The notes: a model not told the origin generated them from the sequence alone. DNA of 64,000 bases from a bacterium (GCA_965200245.1 CBDATS010000005.1:785365-849364); one strand, 5' to 3'; shown: positions 10,571 through 24,777, counted from the stretch's first letter. Numbers and translations: made by a program.

Positions 10571-11750
10571 CCTGTATATCCTGTATTTCAAAACCGAGTT
10601 CCGCCGCGATATGCCCTGCTGCGCACGCATAGGGATCCTCCCCTTCCAGGGCGTTACGGATTCTGTCGAAATCCCTGATTTGCCTTGCTCTCACGTCATC
10701 GTCCAGAAGCACTCCCCTCAATGCGTCCGCAATGGGCTGCGCGCGCACCTGTTTCTGGTGCAACTCAGGAACCGCCTCGTAGCCAGACAACAAATTCACA
10801 AGGCTAATATAGTCCACCTGAACCAGAAAATACTTGGCCAGCGTATGCGAAAGAATATCCGTCGCGTAGAGAACGACCATGGGCACACCAAGGAGAGCCG
10901 TCTCGAGAGAGGCCGTGCCGCTCGCCACAACCACGGCGTCGGCTGCGCGAATCACCGCCGGGGCGTCGCCCCGAACTACCCGTATCTCGACTCCGGACGT
11001 GCGAAGATGCTTCGCAACGTAGTCTTCGGGCAATGACATCGCCTCCGAAATGAAAAAGCGCACCCCCGGTATTTGCGTATGGATGAGCTTTGCCGCATCC
11101 ACCATGGCATTCAGATGAAAGTCGATTTCCTTGCGCCGGCTGCCGGGGAGAAGCGAGACCACCTTGTCACACATCGCTACGCCGAGTGAGCGACGGGCGA
11201 TTTCTTTCGAAGGCGCGTTACGAAGCTCGTAGGCGATGGGATTGCCGATGAAGAAGGCCCTCCCGCCCAGGTCATTGAAAATCCGGGGTTCGAACGGAAA
11301 TATGTTCAGGGCCAGATCGAAAAGGTCCGCGATTGCGCGGGCGCGGCCTCTCCACCACGCCCATACCTGGGGCGTGATGAAATAGATGCTCTTGGGCGGT
11401 TGCCGCAGTCTGCGCATCGTACGTGCGCAGGAGAGATTAAAGCCTGGATAATCGACGAAAATCACGGCACCCGGCTTGTCATCCTCAATCTTCCGCATCA
11501 AGTGTTTCTTGATTCTTTTCAGTTTGGGATACACACGGGGAATCCCGGCAAACCCGACAATGGAGATGTCGCCGATGTCGTGCATGAGATCGACACCCGC
11601 CTCGGCCATCAATGGCCCTCCCATCCCGTAAAACTGCAGGTCGGGAATTTCAGCCCGAAGCACCTTCACGAGGTTCGCGGCATGAACGTCTCCGGACGGT
11701 TCTCCGGCGAGCACCATGACATTGTTCGCCAAGCACTCATCCTTGTTCAT
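10563..11750 (-). CDS. lpxB: Lipid A disaccharide synthase
   Basis: AGEPSGD, DYPGFN, PQVWAW, LLPGSRRKEI, ASGTASLE. Confidence 0.96.
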   Translation of the reverse strand: MNKDECLANNVMVLAGEPSGDVHAANLVKVLRAEIPDLQFYGMGGPLMAEAGVDLMHDIGDISIVGFAGIPRVYPKLKRIKKHLMRKIEDDKPGAVIFVDYPGFNLSCARTMRRLRQPPKSIYFITPQVWAWWRGRARAIADLFDLALNIFPFEPRIFNDLGGRAFFIGNPIAYELRNAPSKEIARRSLGVAMCDKVVSLLPGSRRKEIDFHLNAMVDAAKLIHTQIPGVRFFISEAMSLPEDYVAKHLRTSGVEIRVVRGDAPAVIRAADAVVVASGTASLETALLGVPMVVLYATDILSHTLAKYFLVQVDYISLVNLLSGYEAVPELHQKQVRAQPIADALRGVLLDDDVRARQIRDFDRIRNALEGEDPYACAAGHIAAELGFEIQDIQDG

Positions 11751-12567
11751 TTTCCTGCCAACCGACAATGACGATGCCACTTGCGTCGGCTTCCCGCACC
11801 AGGCGTTCCCGGTCGATGAGAAATGTTCGCTCCGCCTCCAGGATCAATACAGAAGCGCCGCCTTCGCGCATCGCCTGAAGGGTTTCAGGTCCCACAGCGG
11901 GCACGTCATAGCGCAAGTCCTGCTCAGGACGCGCCACCTTGCAGACGACAGCCCCCTTCCCAGCGAGAGCACAACCCCTGCGAATCGCCTCGTTCGTGCC
12001 CTCTACGCCTTCCACTGCGGCCACAGTACCCTTGTGGACCACTACGGTTTGGCCGATGTCCAGGGCCGCGACACTCCGCGCCATCCGAAACGCGTATTGC
12101 ACGTCTTTTCGCCGACTCCGGCGCAACCTCTTTTTTGTGATGCTTCCGTGCGGGGCGATGAGATGCGCGAGATACTCCGTCTGGGGAGCTACCCGCATTC
12201 CGTTTTCCTCTACGAACTCGATCACGGCGTCCATGATCGTCGCATCGGCCGTGTTTTTCGCATTTTTCATGAAGCGCAAAGCTGTCATGTCGAAACGCAG
12301 GGACTGAAACAAAAGGCTTTTCTCGACCTTGCCCACAAGTCCGATTTCCTCGACACCCTCATCCTTGAAAAAGCGGATAATTCTGTTCGGCTGGGTGGGA
12401 GGGATATGGGCGATGGAATCGGCCTGCCCGCAAAGCACTTGTTCGACCTCGGGCAACAAGGCCACCACCGATACGCGTTTGCCCCGCCTTTTCGCACACG
12501 ACACGAACTCCGAAGACAACCCGCCCGAACCTGCGACGAGGCCCATTCTATCTAGGGAATCCAGCAT
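11737..12567 (-). CDS. lpxI: UDP-2,3-diacylglucosamine diphosphatase LpxI (DUF1009)
   Basis: GLVAGSG, DIGQTVVV, AVEGVEGTN, KVARPEQDLRYDVPAVG. Confidence 0.93.
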   Translation of the reverse strand: MLDSLDRMGLVAGSGGLSSEFVSCAKRRGKRVSVVALLPEVEQVLCGQADSIAHIPPTQPNRIIRFFKDEGVEEIGLVGKVEKSLLFQSLRFDMTALRFMKNAKNTADATIMDAVIEFVEENGMRVAPQTEYLAHLIAPHGSITKKRLRRSRRKDVQYAFRMARSVAALDIGQTVVVHKGTVAAVEGVEGTNEAIRRGCALAGKGAVVCKVARPEQDLRYDVPAVGPETLQAMREGGASVLILEAERTFLIDRERLVREADASGIVIVGWQENEQG

Positions 12568-12575
12568 GGGAGGCT

Positions 12576-13547
12576 TCAGTAGGTTGTGGCCATAGTGCTT
12601 TTCAGCATCTCAACAACGCGAATAGCGACGTCCAGAGAGCGCAATTCCCTTTCCGGATCGGCGACGACCTCCGATGCCTGCACCGATTGAAGGAAATGCC
12701 GCAACTCCAGCTTCAGCGGATTGCCCTTGTGGACGAATACTCTTTCCACCTGGAATTGCTCGCGGTATTTGAGTTGCTCCAGCGTCAGTTGGTGCTCGCT
12801 CATCGCCTGGCGATGGATTCGGAGTTCCTGATCTGCATAATCGAGCGTGATGTACGCATCCGGCTGCGATACCGAGAGGGTCCTGATCTTGTTCTGCGTC
12901 ACCCGGCTGGCGGTGAGATTCGCCACACACCCGCTCTCGAAGCATATCTGTACGTTCGCGACGTCGTCGCGATCCGACAAAACGCTGGCGCCTGTCGCCG
13001 AGAGTAAACCGATATTCTCATCCACCAACCGTAAAACGATGTCGAGGTCATGAATCATCAAGTCGAGCACCACGCCATCTTCGCGCACCCTCTGGGTGAA
13101 GGGCCCCAGCCTGCGGCATTCAATCAAGGTGGGGGCATCGACGATGTGGCCCAATTCCTGAACCGCTCCGTTAAAGCGCTCGACATGGCCGATGTGAAGA
13201 ACCAGATCGTTACGGGTCGCCAAGTCGAACAATTTCCTCGCATCCTTCATGTTGGTGCAAATGGGCTTTTCCACCAGCACGTGAATACCGTTGTCGAGGA
13301 ACAGGGAGGACACATCGAAATGCTGCAAGGTGGGAACCGCGATGGTGACCGCATCGACGCGCCCGATCAGATCGGCCGGGTCGGAAAACGCATCCGTCCC
13401 GTATCTATCGGCCAATTCCCCGGCGCGCACGGGAACAAGGTCGCAGACAGCCGCCAGTTTCGCCTCCAAAAGCTCGGAAAGCGCGGCCACATGATAACTG
13501 CCCATATGGCCGATACCGACGACGCCGACTCGCAAAGGATCCGGCAT
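12576..13547 (-). CDS. Gfo/Idh/MocA oxidoreductase, GnnA-like UDP-GlcNAc 3-dehydrogenase
   Basis: GVVGIGHMG, LVEKP, GHVERFN, DLMIHDLD, ANLTASRV; embedded between lpxA and lpxI. Confidence 0.75.
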   Translation of the reverse strand: MPDPLRVGVVGIGHMGSYHVAALSELLEAKLAAVCDLVPVRAGELADRYGTDAFSDPADLIGRVDAVTIAVPTLQHFDVSSLFLDNGIHVLVEKPICTNMKDARKLFDLATRNDLVLHIGHVERFNGAVQELGHIVDAPTLIECRRLGPFTQRVREDGVVLDLMIHDLDIVLRLVDENIGLLSATGASVLSDRDDVANVQICFESGCVANLTASRVTQNKIRTLSVSQPDAYITLDYADQELRIHRQAMSEHQLTLEQLKYREQFQVERVFVHKGNPLKLELRHFLQSVQASEVVADPERELRSLDVAIRVVEMLKSTMATTY

Positions 13548-13576
13548 AACCTTTTAACCCCATGAACCAATTATGT

Positions 13577-14359
13577 TTATACGCGACCCTGATAGACGCC
13601 GTTCTTCGAACTCCGCACGAATTCTACCACGGAACGGATTTCCGCTCCTAATGGCACCTGCGCTTCAATCAGCTCCAGCTTTTGCACCACCGTACCCGAT
13701 TCGTTGAAAAGAATCTTGTACGCCCGTTTTATGTCCGCTCTCGCATCGGACCCAACACCTCTTCTGCGTAATCCGACCACGTTCAGGCCGACCACGCGGA
13801 AAGGTTCACCCGCCATCTTGAGGAAAGGAGGCACATCTTTCCTCACCCCGGCGGGACCTACCAGAATCGTCCCTTCTCCGATTCTCATTCGCTGATGCAC
13901 GCCAATGAAGTTCGAGATAAAGCAATTGTTTCCCACTCCCACATGTCCCGCCAGAGAGCAATGGTTCACCAGAATCACCTCATCACCGATGTGGCAATCG
14001 TGACCCACGTGCGCACCGACCATGATGTAGCATTTCTCACCTATCACCGTGTTCTCGCCCTGGCGCATCGACCGGTGAATTGTCGCCGTTTCACGGATGA
14101 CCGTACCCGCTCCAATCTCCACCCCACCCGAATCCTGCTGCAAACCGACGACTTGCGCCTCCAGACCGATGGCGGCGTTCGGAAAAATCCGGCACCCCTC
14201 GCCAATGACCGCGGGACCCTGAATGATTGCGTTCGGCCCGACCTCGCACCCGTCTCCCAGAATCACGTCCTCGCCCACAAAGGCGCCACGTCCGATTTTC
14301 ACGTCCCTCCCGATCTTCGCTTGCGGGTCGATATGGGAAGTGGGAGCTATGTCGTTCAA
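13577..14359 (-). CDS. lpxA: Acyl-ACP:UDP-GlcNAc(3N) acyltransferase
   Basis: Hexapeptide repeats, IRETATIHR, HVGHDC, DVPPF, GLNVVGLRRRG; TTG start. Confidence 0.95.
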   Translation of the reverse strand: MNDIAPTSHIDPQAKIGRDVKIGRGAFVGEDVILGDGCEVGPNAIIQGPAVIGEGCRIFPNAAIGLEAQVVGLQQDSGGVEIGAGTVIRETATIHRSMRQGENTVIGEKCYIMVGAHVGHDCHIGDEVILVNHCSLAGHVGVGNNCFISNFIGVHQRMRIGEGTILVGPAGVRKDVPPFLKMAGEPFRVVGLNVVGLRRRGVGSDARADIKRAYKILFNESGTVVQKLELIEAQVPLGAEIRSVVEFVRSSKNGVYQGRV

Positions 14360-14365
14360 GGGGTA

Positions 14366-14803
14366 TCAGGCTTTCGGTACGGCATAGGCGGATAGAATAC
14401 CTTCGGCGGCGGTTTGGCCCTCCGCAAGTGCCTGCACTTCAAATCTCCAAAAAGTCCTTCTGTTTTTCAAAAGTTTCGCGCGCAACTCCAGCAAGTCGCC
14501 TGGAACGACGGGACGCCTGAACTTCACCTGCTGGATTCCCGTGAAGAAGAATTCTGCGTCGGGTTCGATCAACTCCAACTCGAACAGACAAATCAGACCG
14601 GCCTGCGCCAAGGCCTCAATGACCAATACACCCGGCATGATGGGATTACCCGGGAAATGGCCCCTGAAAAACGGTTCCTCTTCCGAGACTTTCTTTTGGG
14701 CGACGATGGAAACCTCATCCGGATCCAGTTCCGTTACGTGGTCGACAAAAAGAAACGGATCCCTGTGCGGGATAATCTCCTGTATTCGCTGACTGTCCAT
14801 CAT
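14366..14803 (-). CDS. fabZ: 3-hydroxyacyl-ACP dehydratase
   Basis: [41 protein letters not shown]. Confidence 0.96.
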   Translation of the reverse strand: MMDSQRIQEIIPHRDPFLFVDHVTELDPDEVSIVAQKKVSEEEPFFRGHFPGNPIMPGVLVIEALAQAGLICLFELELIEPDAEFFFTGIQQVKFRRPVVPGDLLELRAKLLKNRRTFWRFEVQALAEGQTAAEGILSAYAVPKA

Positions 14804-15807
14804 AATTCCAGTTTGCCCATCCTTCTTTCGAGTTCGTTGACTCTTTCGGCCAGCCTCGGCAGATTCCGGAGGACCGCGATTCGCCTGCGCGCATCGTGAA
14901 TTTCCGCCGCCGGGATATGGAGATACGTCTTCCCACCCTCAAGACTCTTTGGCACGCCGGTTCCCGCTCCGAGTCTCGCGCCGTCTCCGATTTCCACGTG
15001 ATCCGCCACTCCGACGCCACCCCCCATCATGACACCCCGGCCAATCCGAACACTGCCCGATATGCCCACCTGGCTCGCGAGAATGCAATCTTCCCCGACC
15101 TCGACATTGTGGGCAATTTGCACGAGGTTGTCGATTTTCGTGCCCCGCCTGATCCTCGTTTCCCTGAGCGCTGCGCGATCGATCGTCGTGTTCGCACCGA
15201 TTTCCACGTCATCCTCGATTACGACCCTGCCCGTTTGCGGGTACTTGAAAATACGGCCCTCTTCATCGGGAACGTAACCGAACCCGTCCGCCCCGACGAC
15301 GACGCCCGCATGGAGGATCACCCGGGAGCCAATTTCCACGTCGGCGTACAAAACGCAATTCGGGTGGATGAAACACCCTGAACCAATTTCGACGTTTTCG
15401 CCGACGCGTGCCCCCGCTCCGATGTAAGAGTCCTCTCCCACTACGACGCCATCTGCGAGAGACGCGAAAGGCCCCACGTATACGCCGTCTCCCAGACGGG
15501 CCGAACGGGAAACGGCGGCCTTGGCGTCAATGCCCGACTGGAATTCCCGAGGGGGACGGAACAGCGAAACCGCACGAGCGAAGGACAACTTCGGGTTTTG
15601 GGTGGAAATTGCGGGACGACCGATTTCCAGACCACGGGGAACGATGAGGGCACCCGCATCGGAATGCGTACTCAGCATTTTCGCCGATTCAACGTAACTC
15701 AGATCTTTCGGCGATGCGCTTTCATACTCGGCCACATCCTGTATGTCAATGTTCCCGTCACCGATGAGTTCGCCGCCAAGCAGATTTGAGATGTCCGCAA
15801 GAAGCAT
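14800..15807 (-). CDS. lpxD: UDP-3-O-acylglucosamine N-acyltransferase
   Basis: [34 protein letters not shown]. Confidence 0.96.
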   Translation of the reverse strand: MLLADISNLLGGELIGDGNIDIQDVAEYESASPKDLSYVESAKMLSTHSDAGALIVPRGLEIGRPAISTQNPKLSFARAVSLFRPPREFQSGIDAKAAVSRSARLGDGVYVGPFASLADGVVVGEDSYIGAGARVGENVEIGSGCFIHPNCVLYADVEIGSRVILHAGVVVGADGFGYVPDEEGRIFKYPQTGRVVIEDDVEIGANTTIDRAALRETRIRRGTKIDNLVQIAHNVEVGEDCILASQVGISGSVRIGRGVMMGGGVGVADHVEIGDGARLGAGTGVPKSLEGGKTYLHIPAAEIHDARRRIAVLRNLPRLAERVNELERRMGKLEL

Positions 15808-15808
15808 T

Positions 15809-16414
15809 TTATTTCTTCTTCTGATCGTACAGCTTGATCACCTTCTCCGTGAGATTCACTTTCGGGTTGACAAATAATACACCGCCTGAGGCATTGTCGA
15901 TGATGACGTCATAACCTTCGTTCTTTCCGATATCCTCGACGATCACGCGAACCTCCTTCAAGACCTTCTCTGTGGCAATCCTCCGGCGCTCCTGGAGGTC
16001 TCGTTCGCTCTCTCGCACCAATCGTCTCAAATTGTCCTGCTCACGTGCGAGGTCCCTTCTCTGGGACCGCAAGTCGAACGTCTTGCGCTCTTTTTCCTCC
16101 TCGCGCCAGACTCCGCTCTTTTGCTCGATCTCCAACTGCAGGTCCCGCACCTTGTTCGCCAGAACACTCAGCTCGTCACGCCTTTTCCGAATCGCGCTTT
16201 GAAGCCTGTTTTTCTCCCTTTCCAATGCCGCACTTGCGGTTCGGCCACCCTTCGAAATCCGTAACACGCGCTGAATGTTGACGACACCGTATCGCTCGCT
16301 CGCCGATTCTGCATGCTCCACACACCCGAAGGCTAAAAGCATCGAAAAGACCAACACGGATGGACCATATCGCCTCACTGCAAACATCCTCCTCGTCAAG
16401 GGAGAAACCGACAC
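15809..16414 (-). CDS. skp: Periplasmic chaperone Skp/OmpH
   Basis: Signal peptide, GVVNIQRVL, long coiled coil, GYDVII...NLTEKVI; lies between bamA and lpxD; start codon uncertain. Confidence 0.9.
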   Translation of the reverse strand: MSVSPLTRRMFAVRRYGPSVLVFSMLLAFGCVEHAESASERYGVVNIQRVLRISKGGRTASAALEREKNRLQSAIRKRRDELSVLANKVRDLQLEIEQKSGVWREEEKERKTFDLRSQRRDLAREQDNLRRLVRESERDLQERRRIATEKVLKEVRVIVEDIGKNEGYDVIIDNASGGVLFVNPKVNLTEKVIKLYDQKKK

Positions 16415-16422
16415 ACGCGATT

Positions 16423-18738
16423 CTAGAACGCAGCCCCGATTCCCAGGTGCACTTCTCTTGTTCGCTCGCCCTCTTCCCTGTCCAGCTTGTATCCAATATC
16501 GAGCCGCATGGGGCCAATAGGCGTCACGATACGCAAGCCGATTCCGCCGCCGTATCGCAATTCCCCGAAATCGAACGCATTGTCCTCATCCCAGATGTTT
16601 CCCATATCGAAGAAAACCGCAACCTGCGTCGGACCAATAAAAGGATGCGTCAATTCGACCGATCCGACAGCAGCGGAGAATCCGCCGACGGCTTCGCCTT
16701 GTGAGTCCTTCGGCCCCAGATCGCTGGAGGCGAATCCTCGAACAGTGTACTTTCTGGTGGCGTACAAACGACGGAAAGCCGGCACTTCGTCATCAAGCGC
16801 TTCGACGAAGCGGACGCTGCCCCGCAGACTCAAGACCAGATCCCTTAACAAGCGGATCCGGAAACGCTCCCCGATATTGTGATATTGCCTGAATTCGGCC
16901 TCGGCGGTGAGCACGTCAACATCTCCACCCAACATCGAAGTGGTGATCGTGGAGGCGATGCTCCAGTATGTGCCATCCGTCGGGAAAATGGGTCTGTTCA
17001 GGCTATCGTACACCAGCCTTGGCATGATGCTGCTTTCGAGGAAAGTTTCCCCGTCCTGCTCGAGAATCGTGGATATCGCCGTATCGGAAACGTCACTGAT
17101 CTCAGATTCCGCAATCTCATAAGAGATGAAACCCCTCAGGAATTCCTGAAACTCCCTGCCGACCGTTATACGGGCGCCCTGTTTCTGGTTGTCGAAAGTC
17201 TCATATTCCTGACCGACGAAAAATAGGCTTCCCCCGAGCGAGTAGCCGGAATCGCGGAAGTTGGGGTCGAAATATTCCGCTACCAAATCGAAGCGCTGCG
17301 AAGAAATCCTGGTGAACAAGGAACCAGTCAGGCCCTTGCCGAACAAATTCGCTTCTCTCAGTTCACCCTGCCCGTAGAAACCCTCATCGCTGTTGACACC
17401 GAGGCCGCCCGTGATCGAGCCAGTTGGTTTCTCCTTCACCTCGATTTCGATGTCGAGTATTTCATCGTTGTTCGGACGCCGCTTTTCAACAACCTTGACT
17501 GTCTCGAAATAGTTCTTGCGTCTGAGGCGCTGACGCGTCAAATCCAATCCTCTCGCGCTGTACAGCGACCCCTCGATGACGCGGACGTTGCGGCGAATCA
17601 CGTTCTCGCGCGTGCGGGTGTTGCCTTTTACAACCACCTTTCCGATGTATACCCTTCGCCCCTTGTTGATTCGAACGGTAATGTCGACCGTTTTCCTCTC
17701 GTCGTCCGTTTTCGTGAAACTGTTGACGTCCACGAACGCATAGCCACGGTTTGAGAATTGGCTCGTAATCGCCCGCACGTCGGCAAGCAAACGGGATTTG
17801 TTGAAGATATCGCCGACGAAAACGAGCATTTTCCGCCGGATTTCCTCTGCGGGAATGACGTCCTCCCCGCCGCGGACCTCGATTTTGGCGACTGTGTAGC
17901 GAAGCCCCTCGCGAATGGGAATCGTTATGTCAATGCGGCCCCTCGCCCGGTCCTCGCGGATGATGGGTTGGTTGACCTGAGCCTTGGCGTAGCCTCGGCT
18001 TTCATACAACAGGCGAATCCGGACCAGATCTCTCTGCAGTACCTCTTCGTTGAATACCCCCGAACTCGTCAGAAAAGAGAAAAGACCCTTCTCGCTGGTT
18101 TCCATGGCCTTGAGCAGTTCCCTTCTGGATATCCTGCTATTGCCTTCGAAATTGATGGAGCGGATGCTGACACTTTCCCCCTCGTCGATCACCAGGGTGA
18201 CGGACACCGTATTCGGGCCGCTTTCCTTGAGAACCGCTTCTACGCGCGCGAAATAATAGCCGCTTTTCTGGTAGAGTTTCCGGACGTTGCGAGCGCTTTC
18301 TTTCAGGATGGATTCGTTGACGATGGTCTGAACCTTCACTGCCATGCGCTCGCGGATTTTCTCAAGGTCCAGATTGCTGTTTCCGATGATTTCGATCTGG
18401 TTGATCGTTGGTTTTTCGTCGAGTTGATAAACCACGCGGAGCCCGCCTTCCAGAGACTCCACCTTGACTTGCACGTCCCGGAAGAATCCCAGTTTGTATA
18501 TGGCGCGAACGTCCTCGCGGGTTTGCCTGACCAGTTCTACGTTCGTGTAGCTTTGCCCTTCCTTGAGCTTCACGTAGAAGAGGACTGTGGAGCGATCGAC
18601 CTTGCGATTTCCCTGAACCTCAATGGCACGAATCGTGATGGCCGGCGAGGCCGACTGTCCCGCCGCCTGATAAACAGTGACGACGAGAACCATAACAGCC
18701 AAAACGGCGCATGCCAGCACCTTCGCCGCAGTACGCAT
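16423..18738 (-). CDS. bamA: Outer membrane protein assembly factor BamA
   Basis: POTRA repeats (IEVQGN, GNTRTRENVIRR), EVKEKPTG, VRGF motif, TPIGPMRLD, C-terminal F. Confidence 0.96.
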   Translation of the reverse strand: MRTAAKVLACAVLAVMVLVVTVYQAAGQSASPAITIRAIEVQGNRKVDRSTVLFYVKLKEGQSYTNVELVRQTREDVRAIYKLGFFRDVQVKVESLEGGLRVVYQLDEKPTINQIEIIGNSNLDLEKIRERMAVKVQTIVNESILKESARNVRKLYQKSGYYFARVEAVLKESGPNTVSVTLVIDEGESVSIRSINFEGNSRISRRELLKAMETSEKGLFSFLTSSGVFNEEVLQRDLVRIRLLYESRGYAKAQVNQPIIREDRARGRIDITIPIREGLRYTVAKIEVRGGEDVIPAEEIRRKMLVFVGDIFNKSRLLADVRAITSQFSNRGYAFVDVNSFTKTDDERKTVDITVRINKGRRVYIGKVVVKGNTRTRENVIRRNVRVIEGSLYSARGLDLTRQRLRRKNYFETVKVVEKRRPNNDEILDIEIEVKEKPTGSITGGLGVNSDEGFYGQGELREANLFGKGLTGSLFTRISSQRFDLVAEYFDPNFRDSGYSLGGSLFFVGQEYETFDNQKQGARITVGREFQEFLRGFISYEIAESEISDVSDTAISTILEQDGETFLESSIMPRLVYDSLNRPIFPTDGTYWSIASTITTSMLGGDVDVLTAEAEFRQYHNIGERFRIRLLRDLVLSLRGSVRFVEALDDEVPAFRRLYATRKYTVRGFASSDLGPKDSQGEAVGGFSAAVGSVELTHPFIGPTQVAVFFDMGNIWDEDNAFDFGELRYGGGIGLRIVTPIGPMRLDIGYKLDREEGERTREVHLGIGAAF

Positions 18739-18791
18739 AAGGTCACCCCCCCGAGAAAGAAGGGGAAAGAAACTTCGGTTTTCCGGTAAAT

Positions 18792-21236
<2,445 letters not shown>

Positions 21237-21246
21237 ACGGCCCTCC

Positions 21247-21963
21247 TTACTTCTGTTGAGCTACTCTCCCATCCACCACAGCGATCACACGATCCATTCT
21301 TTCCGCCATCAAAGCGTTGTGCGTCGCCACCAGAATCGTTTGTCTACCTATCTCGTTAATTTCCCGAAGTAGTTCAAATATCGTTTCCGCAGTCGATGAA
21401 TCCAGATTTCCTGTTGGTTCATCCGCAAGCACAACAGAAGGATTGTTAATTAACGCGCGGGCTATGGCAACCCTTTGCTGCTCTCCACCAGACAGTTCCC
21501 CGGGTCGATGATTCCATCTCTTGGCCAAGCCCATGCGGCCCAACAATTCCCTAGCCTGCTCCTCCACTTCGCTTCTATTTTTCCGTTCTCTGTGGAACAG
21601 ACCCGGTATCATAACATTTTCCAGGCCGGAAAACTCGGGTAAAAGATGATGAAATTGAAAAACGAAGCCTACGTGCCGATTTCTCAGGCGAGCCAGTTCG
21701 GCTTCGGAGCAATCAGAGAGGCTTCTGCCCTCAAGAATCACCTCACCCTTTGTCGGCCTGTCGAGCGCTCCCAAAAGGTGGAGCAAGGTTGTTTTCCCCG
21801 CTCCCGAAACACCCATGACGGCGACCATCTCTCCATGATCGACTTCGAGGTCAACGCCGCTGAGCGCCATGACCACGCCGCCTGTCATGGAATAAGATTT
21901 CTCCAGTCCCCTGGTGACAATCACTTTCGGTGATATGCCCTTGGGTGAAGCGGAATCACTCAT
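21247..21963 (-). CDS. lolD: Lipoprotein-release ABC ATPase LolD
   Basis: GVSGAGKT, GFVFQFHHLL, LSGGEQQR, ADEPTGNLD; follows lolC/E. Confidence 0.92.
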   Translation of the reverse strand: MSDSASPKGISPKVIVTRGLEKSYSMTGGVVMALSGVDLEVDHGEMVAVMGVSGAGKTTLLHLLGALDRPTKGEVILEGRSLSDCSEAELARLRNRHVGFVFQFHHLLPEFSGLENVMIPGLFHRERKNRSEVEEQARELLGRMGLAKRWNHRPGELSGGEQQRVAIARALINNPSVVLADEPTGNLDSSTAETIFELLREINEIGRQTILVATHNALMAERMDRVIAVVDGRVAQQK

Positions 21964-21979
21964 CTCCAATATTCCCGGA

Positions 21980-23245
21980 TCAACCATAACGGAGATTTTC
22001 TACCGGATCGACGCGAGAAGCACGCCATGCTGGATAAAGCGTCGCCGCCAAACAGATGACAAGAGCAGCAATCGCCGTCACGGAGACGTCTGCAGGCGTC
22101 ATCAACACCGGCAGCCGTTCCAGATGGTAAACGCTGGCAGGCAAGATGTCCAGACCAAAGACGCGTTCCAGAAAATCTTCCACGATATGGAGATTCCATC
22201 CGAGAACGAGGCCTCCACCGACTCCCAGCACGGCGCCCAGCAGACCGATGAAGGCGCCCTGGACAAAAAATATCCTCAATATTGCGCCGCTTGTAGCGCC
22301 CATCGACTTCAGGATAGCGATTTCACGACCTTTCTCCATCACCACCATCACCAGCGAACCGATGATGTTGAAGGCGGCCACGACCACGACGAGAAGAAGG
22401 AGGATCGTCAGCGTGGTCTTTTCGGTTTTGAGCGCGGAGAAGAGCTTTTGGTTCATTTCCTGCCAGGAGCGCGACGAATACCGACTCGAAAGTCCACTCT
22501 GGATTTTGCGGGAAATACGCTCGGCCTCGAAGATGTCCTTGACGCGCAGGTGCACTCCTGTAACGGATTTGCCAAACCCGAAGAACGTCTGGCTCTCCTT
22601 CATCGAAACGAACGAGAGCCCGGCGTCGTATTGATAAAAACCACTGCGAAAGATTCCCGCCACCTGGAATTTTCTCGTTCGGGGCACCAGACCCATGGGC
22701 GTGACCTCCCCCACGGGGCTCACCATCGTCACCACGTCCCCCTCCGTCAAAACGAGATTCTTCGCGAGTTCGGCCCCGACGATGATGCCGGGCTTGCCCG
22801 CACCGTTTTGCTCCAGCAGCTTTTTCAGTGAGCCTCCCTTCAGATATCTCCGAATGTCCGTCACGTCGATTTCCCGATCCGGATCGACACCGCGCACCAC
22901 CGCGCCCATAACGCGGTTATTGAACGAGAACATCGCCTGCCCGTATACGAAAGGACTCGCCGCCACCACACCCTCATGCTTGCGCGCCTTCTCCAGGACA
23001 TCCCGCCACTTGCGCATGAGGGAAGCGCCCGATTTCGTGATGACGATATGGCTTTGCGTACCCAGTATCTTGTCGCGGAATTCACGCTGAAACCCCGTCA
23101 TGACACCCACCACGACTATAAGGGTGGCGACACCCAGTGCGATGCCCAGCACGGAAATCCAGGTGGTGAGCGAGACAAAGGCAAACTTGCCGCGCGAACG
23201 CAGGTGCCTGAGACCGATGAACAGTTCCGTGGAGAGCGACATCAT
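21980..23245 (-). CDS. lolC: Lipoprotein-release ABC permease LolC/E
   Basis: [42 protein letters not shown]. Confidence 0.9.
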   Translation of the reverse strand: MMSLSTELFIGLRHLRSRGKFAFVSLTTWISVLGIALGVATLIVVVGVMTGFQREFRDKILGTQSHIVITKSGASLMRKWRDVLEKARKHEGVVAASPFVYGQAMFSFNNRVMGAVVRGVDPDREIDVTDIRRYLKGGSLKKLLEQNGAGKPGIIVGAELAKNLVLTEGDVVTMVSPVGEVTPMGLVPRTRKFQVAGIFRSGFYQYDAGLSFVSMKESQTFFGFGKSVTGVHLRVKDIFEAERISRKIQSGLSSRYSSRSWQEMNQKLFSALKTEKTTLTILLLLVVVVAAFNIIGSLVMVVMEKGREIAILKSMGATSGAILRIFFVQGAFIGLLGAVLGVGGGLVLGWNLHIVEDFLERVFGLDILPASVYHLERLPVLMTPADVSVTAIAALVICLAATLYPAWRASRVDPVENLRYG

Positions 23246-24777
23246 TCGTCCTGTTGTTTGCGCAACAGCGGAAAAAGGATGACGTCGCGAATCGAATGCG
23301 AGTTCGTAAACAGCATCGCCAGCCTGTCAATCCCGATTCCCTCGCCCGCCGTAGGCGGCAAGCCGTATTCCAGCGCCGTCAGGTAATCCCAGTCGATCCC
23401 GTGGGCTTCATCGTCGCCGGCCTCCCTAGCCGCTTCCTGCAACTCAAAGCGCGCGCGCTGATCGTCCGGGTCGTTCAACTCCGTATAGGCGTTGGCGATC
23501 TCGCGCCCGGCGATGATGAGTTCGAAGCGCTCTACGGTGTCGGGGTCGTCTTCCCTGCTCTTGGACAACGGCGAAAGGGCCTTGGGAAAATCGTGTATGA
23601 ACGTGGGCTGTCGAAGTTTCGGCTCCACGATTTCCTCGAAAAGATACTCCAGAATGTGTACGTGGCTCATATCGTCCGGAATGGGATAGCCCCTGGGTTC
23701 TGCAACTTTTCTCGCGAAAAGGCGAGCCCTTTCCTCGTCTTCGAGCACTTCTTCGGGTGCGCCGCCCACCGCCACGATGGAATCGCGCCACTTGAATCGC
23801 GCCCAGGGCGCCTGGAACGAGATTTCCTCGTCCCCGTAAACGAGCACCTCACTACCCAGAATCTCCCGGGCCAGCGAGGTCAGCATTTTTTCCGTCAACA
23901 CCATCAGGTCGTTATAGTCGGCATAGGCCATATAGTATTCCAGCATGGTAAATTCCGGGTTGTGTTGGGTGGATATGCCCTCGTTCCGGAAATTGCGGTT
24001 GATCTCGTAGACGCGTTCCATTCCACCGACGACCAGGCGCTTGAGATAGAGTTCGGGCGCCACGCGGAGGAACAGGGGCATTTCCAGGGTGTTGTGGTAG
24101 GTGGTGAACGGCCTGGCTGTCGCACCGCCCGCGATGGCCTGCATCATCGGAGTTTCGACTTCCAGGAAATTCAAATCATCCAGAAAGCGGCGTATCGACT
24201 GAATCATACGGGCACGCACCTGAAACACCTGTACCACTTCGGGGTTCGCTATCAGGTCCACATAGCGTTGCCGGTAGCGGGCCTCCACGTTTCTCAGACC
24301 ATGCCATTTTTCCGGAAGCGGACGGAGACTTTTCGTGAGCAGGCCAATGCGGCGCACCCAGACGGAGAGTTCTCCCATCCTCGTGCGGAACACCCCGCCC
24401 TCGACGCCAACGATGTCACCGATGTCGAGTTCCCGGGCGAGTTGAAAGGCCTCCTCGCCGATCTCGTTCATCCGAATGAACAACTGAATCTGCCCCGTCC
24501 CATCGCGCAGATCGAGAAAGGCGACTTTCCCCTGCACCCGTCTGGCGATGATTCTTCCTGCCACGGAAAAATCCTGCTCTTTCGCCTCATCGAAACCGTC
24601 CGCAGGGACATCGTGGTACTGCGCGACGATAACGCCGATCCGGTGTGTCGTCGGGAAGCGGTTCACGAACGGGTTGGCACCGGATGCGCGAATGCCTTCG
24701 AGTTTTTTCCTGCGGCTCCGGCTCAGGATATTTTCATCGTCCCGCTCTTCGGGCGATGATGCCACTTCTTCCGCCAC
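23242..24777 (-). CDS. lysS: Lysine-tRNA ligase (class II)
   Basis: [40 protein letters not shown]. Confidence 0.98.
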   Translation of the reverse strand: MAEEVASSPEERDDENILSRSRRKKLEGIRASGANPFVNRFPTTHRIGVIVAQYHDVPADGFDEAKEQDFSVAGRIIARRVQGKVAFLDLRDGTGQIQLFIRMNEIGEEAFQLARELDIGDIVGVEGGVFRTRMGELSVWVRRIGLLTKSLRPLPEKWHGLRNVEARYRQRYVDLIANPEVVQVFQVRARMIQSIRRFLDDLNFLEVETPMMQAIAGGATARPFTTYHNTLEMPLFLRVAPELYLKRLVVGGMERVYEINRNFRNEGISTQHNPEFTMLEYYMAYADYNDLMVLTEKMLTSLAREILGSEVLVYGDEEISFQAPWARFKWRDSIVAVGGAPEEVLEDEERARLFARKVAEPRGYPIPDDMSHVHILEYLFEEIVEPKLRQPTFIHDFPKALSPLSKSREDDPDTVERFELIIAGREIANAYTELNDPDDQRARFELQEAAREAGDDEAHGIDWDYLTALEYGLPPTAGEGIGIDRLAMLFTNSHSIRDVILFPLLRKQQDE

